A program made the translations under genes and the position numbers. From assembly GCA_964188305.1 (NCBI GenBank), contig OZ076894.1: a stretch of 64,000 bases of DNA; one strand, 5' to 3'. The notes beneath the pieces are model-generated. The model made no database searches and had not been told where the DNA came from. It saw nothing but the letters and a program-made list of their open reading frames with translations. Origin of the DNA: Podarcis bocagei. Lineage: Eukaryota. The first letter of the stretch is position 1. Each line of letters starts with the position of its first letter. Positions 13,160-25,906 of this stretch are shown here, one piece after another.

Positions 13160-14120
13160 TCCAGGATATGTGTTTGCAAATGATAAAGCCTTGGCAGGGC
13201 ACTCCAAGAAAGCTCTACAGAGTCTCATCAACCATTTTGCCCAAGCTTGCATAGAGTTTGGCCTCACCATTAGCCTGATGAATACCAACAACTTGGGTCA
13301 GGATGTGCCAGCACTCCACACATCAGCATTGGTGAGCACACAATTGAGGTGGTAGACAATGTTGTTCACCTGGGCTCCACCATAACCAGTAACTTTTCCA
13401 TTGATGCTGAGTAGGACATCCTCATAGGCTTGCCTCTCCAAAAGGGTATGGGGGAATATGATACTAATGACCAATACCAAGATGAAGGCTTGGCATGTTG
13501 AATGCACTGCTTTATGGAAATGAGTCATGGGCAACTTAAACCCACGAAGAGCGATGCCTCAATGTCTTCCATATGCGCCGTGCCAGGAAGATTTTGGGCA
13601 TCACATGGCAGCATAGAGTCTCAAACAAAGCTGTGCTCTCCTAAGCCCACAGTCCCAGCATGTTCACAATTCTGTCTCTGTGCTATCTAAATTGGCTTGC
13701 TGAGGTCAACAGTATGGAAGGTGGCAGAATCTCCAAGGATGTTCTTTACAGGGAGCTGGCTTCAGGCACCACTTTGTGTTATAAGGATGTCTGCAAATGT
13801 GACATCACAATATAAACTCCACTGTGTGGTAACCCCTTACAGATGACAGCAGATCCTGGAGACAGGTAGTATGGTCATGTATCCACAGCAGTGACCAGAG
13901 GAGAAATGACTGCTGGGAAGAGTGCAGAGAAACAAAATGCCATGGTGCATCTGCAACACTGAAACCAGACATCTTCATCTGCCCTAGCTGCAATAAAATG
14001 TGTTCCTCCTGTATTGGTCTCTATAGTCAACATCAGGCGCTGTTAACTCTCCAACGATTTGACTTTACCCCTAGCGGTGCACTCTTCCATTGTCCCTCAG
14101 TACAGACAGATGCCAACAAG
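13160..14120 (+). mobile_element. Decayed RTE-clade (BovB-like) LINE, 3' ~1 kb
   Basis: Frames give VFANDKALAGHSKKALQSLINHFAQACIEFGLTISL (decayed LFADD..LQ..F...FGLTISL of RTE RT) and a C-terminal FICPSCNKMCSS zinc-finger remnant; frameshifts and stops; ends approximate. Confidence 0.85.
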
Positions 14121-15470
14121 AGCTATGCCAAAGTTCAGACATAACAATAAACCATGGTGTATTTTTAAAAGACAGAGCTGCAAAGACACAAAGGAGTCAA
14201 GAGCGTCTGTGGTCATCACTTACACAGGCATTAATAATAAATATGGGTAGAATGAATATTGGCAGCAATCATCCTGCACACAAGGCCCAACCACAAATTT
14301 CAAATTGAATTATATTGCATTAACCCTCAGGCCAGGTTAACTGGTGTTGTGCACACACCCCAAACATATACCCTTTAAACAAGTTCTCATAAACACTTTG
14401 GCAAAGGATGCATCCAAGTCAGCATAAATTGCACCTGAGCACATTTTTCGCACAAGTTTGTAGATTGATCCTGCCGTGCCGGTCATGAAATGTTGCCTCC
14501 CCTAAATTGTTCAGTCCAAAATTGTTTAGCAAGGATATAGTGCACATGAATCTAATGTGATCCAAAGTGTGTGAGAAAGGAAATTAAGCAAGTATGAATT
14601 ATTCAGGGTGGGATATAGTTGCAACCAAATATCATCAGAAATACGGAGGGTGTGTTTTGTTTTGCTTAAATAAAGACAACTCGTTTTCCCAAGGAATGCA
14701 TGGGGATGGTGAAGAATGACTTCCCCCTGAGAACTCTCACAAGGCTAACAATTATCTTAACTGCTGCCTTCTTTGGGGAAAGCTTTTGCTGGAACACTTC
14801 CTAGCACTTAACGCATGTGTCTCTGTGGGTGAACGCAAGTTCGCCAGAGAGCCGTCTTCTTCCGCTGTCCTTTTCCCTGCTTACGCAGGAGGACTCCCTA
14901 ACGGGGCCACCCATTTTGGCAGCGTGATAAATCAAGACTTCCATTTTAATCTACTGCCAAATGAAAAAGCAGTTCACAGTTAACTGCATTAAAAACACTT
15001 TACTCTCTACAAAGCCATCTCTCTGCTGCACCTGCAACTCATGAACTGTAGCTTTAGATCAATACAAAACCCAGCATTATTTAGTCGGGGAGGAACAGCA
15101 GCCTGCAATAATAATGCCAACAAAAGGCATCCCTCTGAGAAGTGTGAAAAGGAATGACACTGTTTTCAGGCTGGGCTGGGCTCTCTCAATTTTTCAAGGC
15201 TGTAGCAAGGCTGAGAGCAGCCTTTTGACAAAGGAGCTTGAAGAGGGAAAGCAGCAAAAGGTTTAAAAATTCATATCCAGCACCTAGGACTTTCTCCCCG
15301 AAAACTATTGTGTTGCTGCCTGTCAAAAAAGCAGGTCACCGTGGCAGTAGGGAAAAGATAGGATTATGGGGCTAAAAACATTTGAAGCAAGTTTCATTTT
15401 CCATTGGCGAATCACATCTACACTGACAAATCGAGATCTTAGCAAATTTAAACAAGCAAACATGAAACCC

Positions 15471-15690
15471 AAAACAAAAAGATTCCTTCCAGTAGCACTT
15501 TAGAGACCAACTAAGTTTGTTATTGGTATGAGCTTTCGTGTGCATGCGCACTTCTTGGTATCCAAAGAAGTGTGCCTGCACTCGAAAGCTCATACCAATA
15601 ACAAACATAGTTTGTCTCTAAGGTGCTACTAGAAGGAATCTTTTTATTTTGTTTCGACTACGGCAGACCAACACAGCTACCTGCCTGTAA
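15471..15690. mobile_element. Penelope-like element remnant (inverted pseudo-LTR palindrome)
   Basis: ~90-bp arms GTAGCACTTTAGAGACCAAC...GAGCTTTCGTG / CTCGAAAGCTC...GTCTCTAAGGTGCTAC, centred at ~15560. Confidence 0.75.
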
Positions 15691-16204
15691 ATGCAACCCA
15701 AAGGCATCATTCCATGAGAATCCAGATTCAAGAGGATGCTTTGTTGGCACCATCTAATGCTAGAAGCACATGGTAGAGGAGACACTTGGCTGCAACAGGG
15801 AAGAGCATCCATGTGCTGTGTCTTCACTTCTCACAAGAGCATAACTCCTTACCCTCTGCCTCAAAAATGGCAATCCTTTGATGGGGAACTTGTTGAGGTT
15901 CTCCACACCCTGAGGTTCAGTCAGCCTTTACTGGGGACCAAGCCTTTGACAGGACAGGCTCTTCCCAGTAGAACTGCCTGCCATTTAAGCATCAGCACGA
16001 ATCACTCCTGCCTTATTTTATTATCTCCTAAGCAAAGAAATTCACGTTGCAAAGGCCTGTCTGAATAACAGGCAGGTCTTTGGGATTTGAATTGCTTTTT
16101 ACAAACCAGCACGCAGTGATGCTTCTACTGATGTTTTACAGTATGCTGTATACTGCCTTGATGTATTTTTATGGAAGTGCAGCCTATAAATATTCCAATA
16201 AATA

Positions 16205-16465
16205 AATAGCCCTGCTGAATCAGGTCGGTAGCTGCTCTAGTCCAGCATCCTATTCTCACAGTGGCCAACCGGATGCCTATGGGAAACCTGCAAGGTGGAC
16301 CCGAGTGCAAAATCACCCTCCCCACCTGCAATTCCCAGCAAATGGTATTCAGAGGCATATTGCCTCCGACAGTGAAGGTGAGGCACAGCTACTATGGCTA
16401 CTAGTAGCCAATGATAGCCTTATCCTCCAGGAATTTGTCTAATCCTCTTTAAAGCTGACCAGGTT
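16205..16465 (-). mobile_element. Older CR1 3' end fragment
   Basis: CTAGTCCAGCATCCTATTCTCACAGTGGCCAACC...TCTAATCCTCTTTAAAG; same family near 39335, 43255 and 59680. Confidence 0.7.
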
Positions 16466-16517
16466 ACTGCAGAATATTATGGTACCGCAGCACAGAATTG
16501 TACTTTAGGTTAGCCAG

Positions 16518-17047
16518 CGTCAGGGCTGGTTCAGATGCAGGTCAGCACTCAAGATGCTGAGATGAGCAGAAAAGTTAGCTCTTTATTCCAGGAAGCAGCA
16601 TACAAGGCAGCAATGCCTCTGAATATGACTGGTCCCTATGAAACAGTTGCCAGGGCTGATGATCCGCACCTCCTACGTCCCCCTAAGTCTCCTCCTCCTC
16701 AGCCAGATGTTTCCCAAGCAGCCTTAAGCTATATTAGGGAGTGGCCACCTGTGCTCTTTGTTCTGCTACTCGTAAAGCTCTCTGTGACCTTGGAGAAAAG
16801 AGGGAAGGGGAGCTTCCTATAGTAGGAATGACAAGATCCATGGGTGCTTCAAGATCCATGCTCTATCTCTTCTTGCTTGCTAACACTTCTTGCCTCTTCA
16901 GCCTCCAACCACTCCTCCTCCTCTGTCCTGTCCTCAATGTCCCACCACCATTCCCCGGGCTCTGAACCTTCCTCCTGTGGGTCTTCTCTAGGAGGTTCCC
17001 TGGCTAGAGCCTGCCAACATTCCTCATCATCCAGCCAATCCCTGACA
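16518..17047 (-). mobile_element. Solo LTR (Gypsy-like) with a decayed internal reading frame
   Basis: Minus-strand termini TGTCAGGG...CCCTGACG, TSD GCCAG/CCCAG (4 of 5 match), AATAAA near the 3' end. Confidence 0.75.
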
Positions 17048-19149
17048 CCCAGAGGGAGAACTCAACATAGGGTTTCTAATTTTTGTTGCAGGCTGGCATC
17101 TTCAAAAACTTATAGTCACACCCAAGGCCTCAAAACTGTATCACGTTAAGTTGAAAATCTCGAAAAGCACACTGAACGGATCTTTCCAATTAGCCCATCA
17201 TCATCAACTTGATTGCCTGAGTCTATAGTCACACATCAGTTCGCATGGTTCATTTTGTCTCTTATTAAGACAGACAATTATCTAATAATGGGAGAAAACA
17301 AATTGAAGGTGTGAATTCACCCTTAAAGCACAGTCCTTTACATGATCAAAAAACACATTCTGATCGTAATTAGCTGGTATACAACTTTCGTATTTCTAGT
17401 AATGGCACATAATATCTACAAAGGAGGTTAGGATGTCCTTTCAAGTAGGACATGTCCATGAGACTAATCTTCAAATACACAAGATGTTAAGTGTCTTCCT
17501 TGTTTCAGTAGTTCCAAGTCAAGTTTAACCTTAATCTGCCCCAATGAAAAGCATTTCCAAAGTTCACCCAAACCACACTGCCTTTGTAACCATTAAAGAC
17601 ATCAGATCAAAGCTCTTCTCCACCCCCCCACATCTGAAAAAAATAAGAAAGGATTATTCAAACTTGAAAGAGCATGGCTTATCAGGATGAGAAAATACTT
17701 GCCAGCAGTGAGCCCAATATCATCTGACAGGAAGACTTTGTTGCCTTAAAACAAACTGAAAATAGAGATTTGTAGATTGCTGAGCCTTGGAAGTCACTAG
17801 AGAGTGTAGTTCAGTTGCTTTTCATTTGGCCACAGTCAAGTTCTGCGTGGGAGGCAAAGAGATGTTCAAGCAGCCTCTTGAGAAACCTTCATCAGTGACA
17901 ACCTCTGTGCCACTTTATTGTTTAAAGCTGCATTCAATAAACACTATGCGGTCGTGCTTAGGTTTCATATTCATGGCCCAAATAGAATTTGCCAGTTGAC
18001 CTAGGATTGCAGAGTAGGAGGACACATTGGCCTTGTTCATCAGTCAGAGGACTACAGGTCACTGTGATGTTGCACTTCCCCCATGCCTCCTAGGAAGATC
18101 ATCACAGCCTGGACCCAGCCAACAGCCAGAGAAGGAGCAGATGCAGGAAGCTACTTTTCCATCTCTCTGCCAGAAAGAAAAAGCTGCCCTAGCTGCTAAT
18201 TGCCCTCGCATTGCAGAAGCACACCTGGTCATATCTATTAGCCAGAAAGCTAAGCCCATTGTGGGGTGTGTATGTGTGTAGGAAGTGGTTTCCTTGTTTT
18301 GTTTTTATATGATCCACAATAGCTATGTTCCATTAAGTATAATTTATTTAATTCACACAGAAATGAAAAATGTATAGGTAGTAATGAAGGCTTAACATGG
18401 AAAATGGCTAAATCTGTATTGCTGAAGAGTTGCTAACATTGGGGTTTTTCCCATGTTGTTTCTAAATAACTCTAAGTTCTTGCTGAGTTAATGATTAACT
18501 AATTGATTATCGTTTTTCCGGCAGCTAAATGTGAGTGCTGTAACCTTAGATCATGTGATAAAGGTATTAGGTTGCAAAGCTCCATTTTGAAGAGCATTGC
18601 CTTTGAGTCAATGTTTCCCAAACTCCATGGAGTAAGGATGTAAATGAAGCTGTCTTGAAGGGAGAGTAAACAGCCTAAGATGGCAAACAGGGCTAGAATT
18701 CAGGCTGTGGAGAGGGAGAGAGAAATCTTTGCTTATAGGTCTGTTTGGGTTATTTCATATTTTCCAAGATGCTGAGCCTGTGCTGGACAGCACAAGACAT
18801 TGTATAGGATATTTTTGGATGTATCATTGATGCTTATGTTTTGTTTTTAAAGAGTTTTGCCAGTAAAAGTTTGACTAATATTTTTACAGGCCTGGACAAT
18901 GATTTATTTCCAAAATGAGTCAGTTCTTATGCTTCCAGTCTCTTCAAATTGTGCAGTATTAATATCTGCAATATGTTCTATCTTCTGAATGGCGGTTGCC
19001 AGAAACTGCAGTTGGAGACCATGGACTGTTCCAGCAGACTCTTCTTATGTGATTATGCTCATCTGGGGGGTCATTCAATTAAAAGCCAGGATATACATCT
19101 TTAAAATAAGAAATAGGATACTCTATATGCAAATTAATCACTGAATGTT

Positions 19150-19370
19150 ATATAGCGAACTTGGCATGTGAGGAGTGTAAACCAGGAGTCTCCTGTTCAA
19201 ATGTTGACCTGTCACAAGCTGAACTAGTTTTCTGTCCCCCAAATCTGAGCCTCAAGCACTATCTGCCTAAGGAGATAATACTGAATAACCTAACAGCATC
19301 ATTACAATAATTACCGACAATGTATGCACTGTCCTTTAAATGGACAAAAACTGCTGTATAAATGTTAAGT
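19150..19370 (+). mobile_element. Ancient MIR-like CORE SINE remnant
   Basis: Decayed B-box GTTCAAAT, core-like TCTGAGCCTC...GGAGATAATACT, tail TGCTGTATAAATGTTAAGT. Confidence 0.4.
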
Positions 19371-20209
19371 GGAAATATCAGGACTAGATGAGGTTGAGTG
19401 ATAAAGAGGCCAATCAGGTGCTAGTGGCATGTCCCATAGTTGTGAATTGCCACCCACTTTCTCAGCCTGAGTACCAAATTGCAGCAAGGCTATAATCCAT
19501 TGCCGGGGTTGTCAGAGGTTGGGGACTTCGGTAAGGGCACTTCAGAGAGTTATTAGCACTTTTCTTCTATGCCTCCAGTATTCACCTCTTGTACAGTATC
19601 TCCAATTAGTCTGATGAACTGCAGCTTGCTATCATTTTAAAGCAATGAAGCTCTGATTTCATCAAGGAGGCAATGCCGCGAAGCCCTTGGCTTCAGTAAA
19701 GTAAGCCCAAGTGCCTCAAAAGAGAAGAAGATAAAAAGGCCATGTCCACAGCCAGCCAGAGAGATGGAGCCTGCCTTAAAACTGTTAACACATTTCAGAT
19801 ATTCTAGCTTTGGATTCCTGGTTTTATAATTTTGCAGCACTATAAGTCACCCGTTTCAAGGCAGAAAGGGAACATAGTGACTTCTGGAACATCTAAATGG
19901 CTCATTCCTTTGAAACAATCACTCCTAGGCACAGTCTCCTGCTCACAAAGCCCATTTGGCTCCCTGCTGTAATCCTTAGGGTGAGGATACAAGCTGGGAG
20001 AAAACTTGAATGTGAGTGTAGGGAAACTCCAGTCGAATGCAATTGAACACTGGTGAAGGCTCATCACTGAACCTACCTAGAGTACGTAAAGGCAACAAAG
20101 AGGGCATTCTTTGCTGCCTCCATGGCATCCTCATAATGTCACCTAGAATGGGGCTTTTTACAGGCTGGCCGGAAGGCAGTGACAGAACCAACAACAACTT
20201 GCCTTGACT

Positions 20210-20420
20210 TGTTTGCAAACCATTTAGAGGATAAAATTGCTTGCATCTGCCAGGACCTTGACTCCACTGTTAGAGCTGATTAATATTAAGAGGTGTCCAG
20301 AGCACTGTCTAGTCCTGTTGTGTTGGACATGTTTCAGTTAGTAAGGCTCAAGGATGTGGACAAGGTGCTTAGATCTGTCAGTGTGACCACTTGTGCTCTG
20401 GACCCTTGTCCCTCTTGTGA
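20210..20420 (+). mobile_element. Internal L2 ORF2 fragment
   Basis: PVVLDMFQLVRLKDVDKVLRSVSVTTCALDPCPS aligns by eye with PVLDHFDRILPTDVDRFLQVGRPTTCLLDPCPS of the 47170 ORF. Confidence 0.8.
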
Positions 20421-21504
20421 GATTGAAAAATTTAAGGCAGCCTTTGGGTCACCTCATAACAGTGAATATTTCCTTCTGTTTTGAGGAGGCCACAATTTCC
20501 TGTGTATTTCTTTTTGTAACATTCACACATTACTGCAGAAATGTGATGGAACAGACTCAAAATTGAAAAGTTATTCCACAAGCTAAAATTAGACTGATCC
20601 ACCCACCCCTACTTCTTCAAGTCTGACATTATAGTCCAATATACAAATAGTCTTATATTACCACCAGAAGAAAATAGGTTTGTACAGTGTATACAGTTTA
20701 CATTAAGTCACACGGGGTTTCTGGGATGACAGTGGCCTTCTAAAATTCAGTGCCACAAATGTCTTGTTACATTGACTTAATGACAGAATCTATTCTATTG
20801 ATTGTCTTTAAACTTCCTTTGGTGGCTCAGCAAATTTTGCCTCCAGCTGCAATAAAATGTAAATCTGGCTTTTAGTTTCCAGACCTCTCACCGTCCTTTA
20901 AAGAACTGCACACACTTTCTTAAGATTCTGGTTGACTGCACAGTTAAAAAGGCTGCTGAGTATCTGAAATAACTAGCTAATGGCCATCAATACTGCTGAG
21001 TTGTTCTGAGACTTTTCCATAAACCTCCACTTTTCACTTTACATTTCCACAGTTCAGTAAGCCTTATGAATTGAGCCAATATCTTTTTGCAGACTTTCTG
21101 CAAAACCTTGCTCACAAAAGATCCCACTGCTGTGACAGGTTGAGAACCACAGAGCTAGGATCTCACGCTGCTCTGGCTTAGCCATTTTGATGTGTCTCAA
21201 TGTTATCTGAAACATCTGCTCTTGGGTTCTGAGCTGAAGTTAGAGGTTCTTAGACTTGGATGCCTTTTTGCGAAGACTACAGGAACAAACCAGAAAAAGT
21301 TAGGTGTGTTTCGATCAATGGGACATTAGCATCCTGTTAAGTTCTTAAATCACATTGATTTTAGTGAAGCTTAATTACACTTTAGTTTCTCTGAATTGTG
21401 CTCAAACAGCAGCAACTGCAGAAAATTAGGCTCAAGTATTTGTGCCTGTGATGGCTTAGGTAAGTCAGTGTTCTTGTTCTATTGTAACTTGGGAAGGCAA
21501 TGTA

Positions 21505-21647
21505 AATGCCCTCCCATCAGATGTCAAGGCAGCCTTGTTTAGGGAAGTTTTTAATGTTTGATGTTTTGCTGTGGTTTTATAACCCGGTGTGGCTGCAGCA
21601 ACCCAGTCAGATGGGAGGCATATTTAAATAAAGTTGTTGTTGTTGTT
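21505..21647 (+). mobile_element. L2 3' tail fragment
   Basis: AATGCCCTCCCATCAGATGTCAAGG...GTTTAGGGAAGTTTTTAAT, matching the 63015-63110 segment. Confidence 0.8.
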
Positions 21648-22370
21648 CATTCTGCATGCTTGCAGTCCTGAAATCTCTCGTCCTGGCTCAGCCACAGATA
21701 CACTGGCCTGAGATCGAGCAAACCAGCTGGCGAAAAGGGTTGTGTAAATCAAAATTTTTGTTTCCCTCTATCAGGCGCTGGCTTCTCACCTATTGGTAGC
21801 CTAGTTCCAAAACAGAGTTTGGAATAGAGGCAGGTTACTCTACCATAATTTATCCCACTGTGAATTATGTTGGCTTCCTATAGTTTGGATTGCTCTGCTC
21901 ATGTTATTGGGGTGATTCTGGACCAAAATTAGGTTCCTCGACAGATTCCAGGACCTTGATGAAAGGGAAAGAATCCCAGCCTCAGGGAAATGAAGAAAAT
22001 AACAGCAATCTTCTGCAGCTGAAGACAAACCCATTAGCTGAATTAATGCATTGTGATGATGTAACCCTCACCTAATGATAAATTATGGTGAACTTTTATG
22101 TGGCTTGCCAGACTTTGGATGTGTGTGACTGAAAGGAACCTCTTCACTTTTTGCTGCTACTATTTGACTGTCTAGTTGTTTCATTTCTATTATGTACCTC
22201 TGCATAAGAAAACATGTTGTATAAGAAAATGTGTTGTTGTGATTGATGTTCATCTACAATAATGAATGCACAAGTTAGTAAAATAGGATTTCTTATGCAG
22301 AAAGATCAGACAATGAAAGTCAGGCAGTAGGCATTATTTTAGTGAATGGCATGATGAAACTGACTGTTGC

Positions 22371-22371
<1 letters not shown>

Positions 22372-22419
<48 letters not shown>

Positions 22420-22420
22420 T
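22372..22420. repeat. (TTA)n microsatellite
   Basis: Direct reading. Confidence 0.95.
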
Positions 22421-23829
22421 GTACTGCATACTTTTAGTACATTATTACAGTTCTTTTTTTTAACCACTATGACCCCTTGCCTCGTTTCATTTTATGAAGC
22501 TATATCATTTATAATACCTACAAACCTACAAAAGTGTAAGGTGTATATGGGCAGATGGAGGCAGCTTGGCTATTTCTGTCATCATTTTCTAATGATACCC
22601 AACAAACCATCTTTGAAAAATGGCTAAATTCTTTGCTACAGCATCTTCCTTGTCGCAGGCAGTTCCATAGCTCAGCTTTCTTCAAGCTGAGTACAGACTT
22701 TTGCTCTGGAGGTCCTGTGACATATTCCCTATTTTAAGCAGAATGTGCTGATCCAGAGATTTTAAATAGGGAAGCCTTTTTCTTTCATATCTTCCTTCCC
22801 CTCCTCTACATGGCTCTTAAATGCATTCTCCCATTTCCTGAAATTTCTTCTGCTGTTATCCTTTCACATTTAATTTGTACCATATTCCACCACCACCCAG
22901 ACAGCCACTGTCTTTCTTCCCTCCTCCCTTGTCCTCTTGCATTCACTTCCTCCTTAAAACAACTTTGCTCTCTTACCCCCTTCCTTTCTCTAAGTTTATT
23001 AAAAACAACAGTAAACATTTTATCTCGCTTTTTAATTTCCTTTAACATCTACTCTGGCTTTTCCCCTTAGAGGAGGGAGATCTTCTTTCCTTTCCCTCTC
23101 CCCCTCTGAACTTCTGGGTCACTTTTACCCAGAATGCAATGAGTTTCTGGGGTTAGTCAAAAAGGCTATGGCAGTGCGAGAAGGCAGTACAGGAGACACT
23201 GGGCAGGCTGTGGCACTGAGGCCCAGCTAAAAGTCGCCCACTGTTTGAGAAACACAGACCCAAACAAGACAAACAGCCAACAAATTGCTTATATTTTCCC
23301 CACTTGTGTATAGAATATTGCTATTTGTGGAATTTCTGAAAGTATTGAATACTTTCTCCCCATTGTGCCAGAAGGACTTATTTTCGAAGCGTCTTTTTTT
23401 CCTTTGAATATTCATGGTCCCACATGGCACACATCTTTTACATTTTAAGACCTAATTGTATCAAAACTGCCTACACCTTTATCCTCATTACCCCACCGCT
23501 TTCTGGTTACCAAGGCATTTCTCTCTGGAGAATTGCTATTCATAGCTACAGTAGGGATTTCATTTACAATGCCTACTATGTCCTAATCTCCATGACAAGA
23601 ATGCAGCTCCAACGCAAATTTTTTTTTTTTGAGGAAACAGAGCTGAATCAATTAAACTTGGCAAACCTGTCATGTACAGATTTATTAGGAAATGATATTG
23701 ACGGGTCCCAGACATACAAGAACAGCCTTGCTTTTCTCAGACCAAAGGTTCATCTAGTTCCCATTGGCCAACCAGGTAATAATTGGAAACCCATGGCAGT
23801 AGCTCTCTTTCCTTTGTGAATCCCAGCTA

Positions 23830-23871
23830 CATACCCTCCAACGTTTCTCCAATGAAAATAGGAATGACCTA

Positions 23872-23915
<44 letters not shown>

Positions 23916-24181
23916 ACTATGCCCATCTGACTGGGCTGCTCCAGCCACTCTGGGAAGCTTCCAACATATATAAAAACATAATAAAACATTTTTAAAAAAC
24001 TTCCCAATAGTGCCTGCCTTCGAAAGGTTGTATAGCTACATATCTCCTTGGCACAAGGGTAATATAACATGTGGGGTTATATGTGGAGTTATATCTCTGA
24101 TGAAAATAGGGATGTCCAAAGGAAAAGCATGACATTCCAGGATCAAATCAGAAACCAGGATGGCTGGGACTGTCCCTGGAA
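23830..24181. mobile_element. Composite MITE containing an inverted L2 3' tail
   Basis: CATACCCTCCAAC head, (ATT)n plus reverse L2 tail, second TGAAAATAGGGATGTCC head, then body GGATCAAATCAGAAAC...GTCCCTGGAA. Confidence 0.7.
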
Positions 24182-24404
24182 TGTTGTCTCTGAACCTGGA
24201 AGTAGTATGCAGCCAGCATACTTTTGTCTAATCCATTTGTAAAACCAGCCAAAATGGTGGCTGCCACTGCTTCATGTAGTTGTGCAGTGTGAATACTTCC
24301 TTGTGCCTCAGTTAATGTGACTCTTTCCTCCTCTAGCACTTTGTGACAAGGTGGTGGGGAACCTGTAGCCCTTTGCATGTTGTTGGACATGTTGCATGTT
24401 GTTG

Positions 24405-25094
24405 AGAGCAGTTCATGTGAAAAGGATCTAGGAGTCTTGGTTGACCACAAACTTGACATGAGCCAACAGTGTGACGCGGCAGCTAAAAAAGCCAATGCAA
24501 TTCTGGGCTGCATCAATAGGAGTATAGCATCTAGATCAAGGGAAGTAATAGTGCCACTGTATTCTGCTCTGGTCAGACCTCACCTGGAGTACTGTGTCCA
24601 GTTCTGGGCACCACAGTTCAAGAAGGACACTGACAAACTGGAACGTGTCCAGAGGAGGGCAACCAAAATGGTCAAAGGCCTGGAAACGATGCCTTATGAG
24701 GAACGGCTAAGGGAGCTGGGCATGTTTAGCCTGGAGAAGAGGAGGTTAAGGGGTGATATGATAGCCATGTTCAAATATATAAAAGGATGTCATATAGAGG
24801 AGGGAGAAAGGTTGTTTTCTGCTGCTCCAGAGAAGTGGACACGGAGCAATGGAGCCAAACTACAAGAAAGAAGATTCCACCTAAACATTAGGAAGAACTT
24901 CCTGACAGTAAGAGCTGTTCGACAGTGGAATTTGCTGCCAAGGAGTGTGGTGGAGTCTCCTACTTTGGAGGTCTTTAAGCAGAGGCTTGACAACCATATG
25001 TCAGGAGTGCTCTGATGGTGTTTCCTGCTTGGCAGGGGGTTGGACTCGATGGCCCTTGTGGTCTATTCCAATTCTATGATTCTATGATTCTATA
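24405..25094 (+). mobile_element. Young CR1 LINE, 5'-truncated, ORF2 C-terminus open (stop at 25015)
   Basis: [47 protein letters not shown]; (ATTCTATG)n tail. Confidence 0.96.
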
Positions 25095-25229
25095 GACTCC
25101 AAGCTGCCTTAGACCCAGCCACCATGAGCAATAGTCAAGGATGATGGGTGTTCATTGTAGTTCAGCAACATCTGGGTAACCACCCAGATGTGATGCAAGC
25201 AGCTAAGCCCTAACAATTCAGGAAAGTGA

Positions 25230-25906
25230 AGGACCGAACTTTCTTTATGTATGCGACAACAGCAGCAAGAATACTCATCGCAAAGTATTGGAAGACTCAA
25301 GATTTGCCCACTCTGGAAGAATGCCAGATGCAACTGATAGACTACATGGAATTGGCAGAAATGACTGGCAGAATCCGAGACCTGGGAGAAGAGACAGTGG
25401 AAGAGGACTGGAAAAAATTTAAGGACTATTTGCAAAAGCATTGTAAACTGTATGAATGTTAAAATGATGCAGGATATAAAAACAACATGGCATTAGTAAC
25501 CTAGTGGAAAGGAGTATGAAAATAGCTGAACTATAAGAACAAGGATGAAATTTGAATAATATTATGTCAAGTTTAAATATTTTGAATATTTGATAACAAA
25601 AGGTAAAAGTTGGAGACATAATTGTTGAAATGTACAATTTAAAACAAATTTTGAGAGAAGGTGAAGAATTGCGGAACATGATTTTGTAACTAGGAACACA
25701 GAAAAGGGAGACGTGAGGAAGTCATGAAAGAGGGCTATGGAAATAATACTTAAGAAAATGAACTATTTTCTTTTTTGTGCTTTTTAAAGTATTTTTTACT
25801 TGTATTTTTGTATGCTTTCTATGCTTTTTTGTCTTTTTTTGTTTTAACTCTGGTGTATTGTTTGAATTGCTTAAAACCTTTAATAAATATTTTATTTAAA
25901 AAAAAC
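25230..25906 (+). mobile_element. L1-clade LINE 3' end, 5'-truncated
   Basis: 17-bp TSD ACAATTCAGGAAAGTGA (25213-25229 and 25907-25923), AATAAA plus poly(A); peptide nearly identical to the end of the 58347 ORF2. Confidence 0.93.

Noticed and set aside
14860-14925. Plus-strand acceptor CCTTTTCCCTGCTTACGCAG as an exon start
   Set aside because: No convincing downstream donor and no recognisable peptide.
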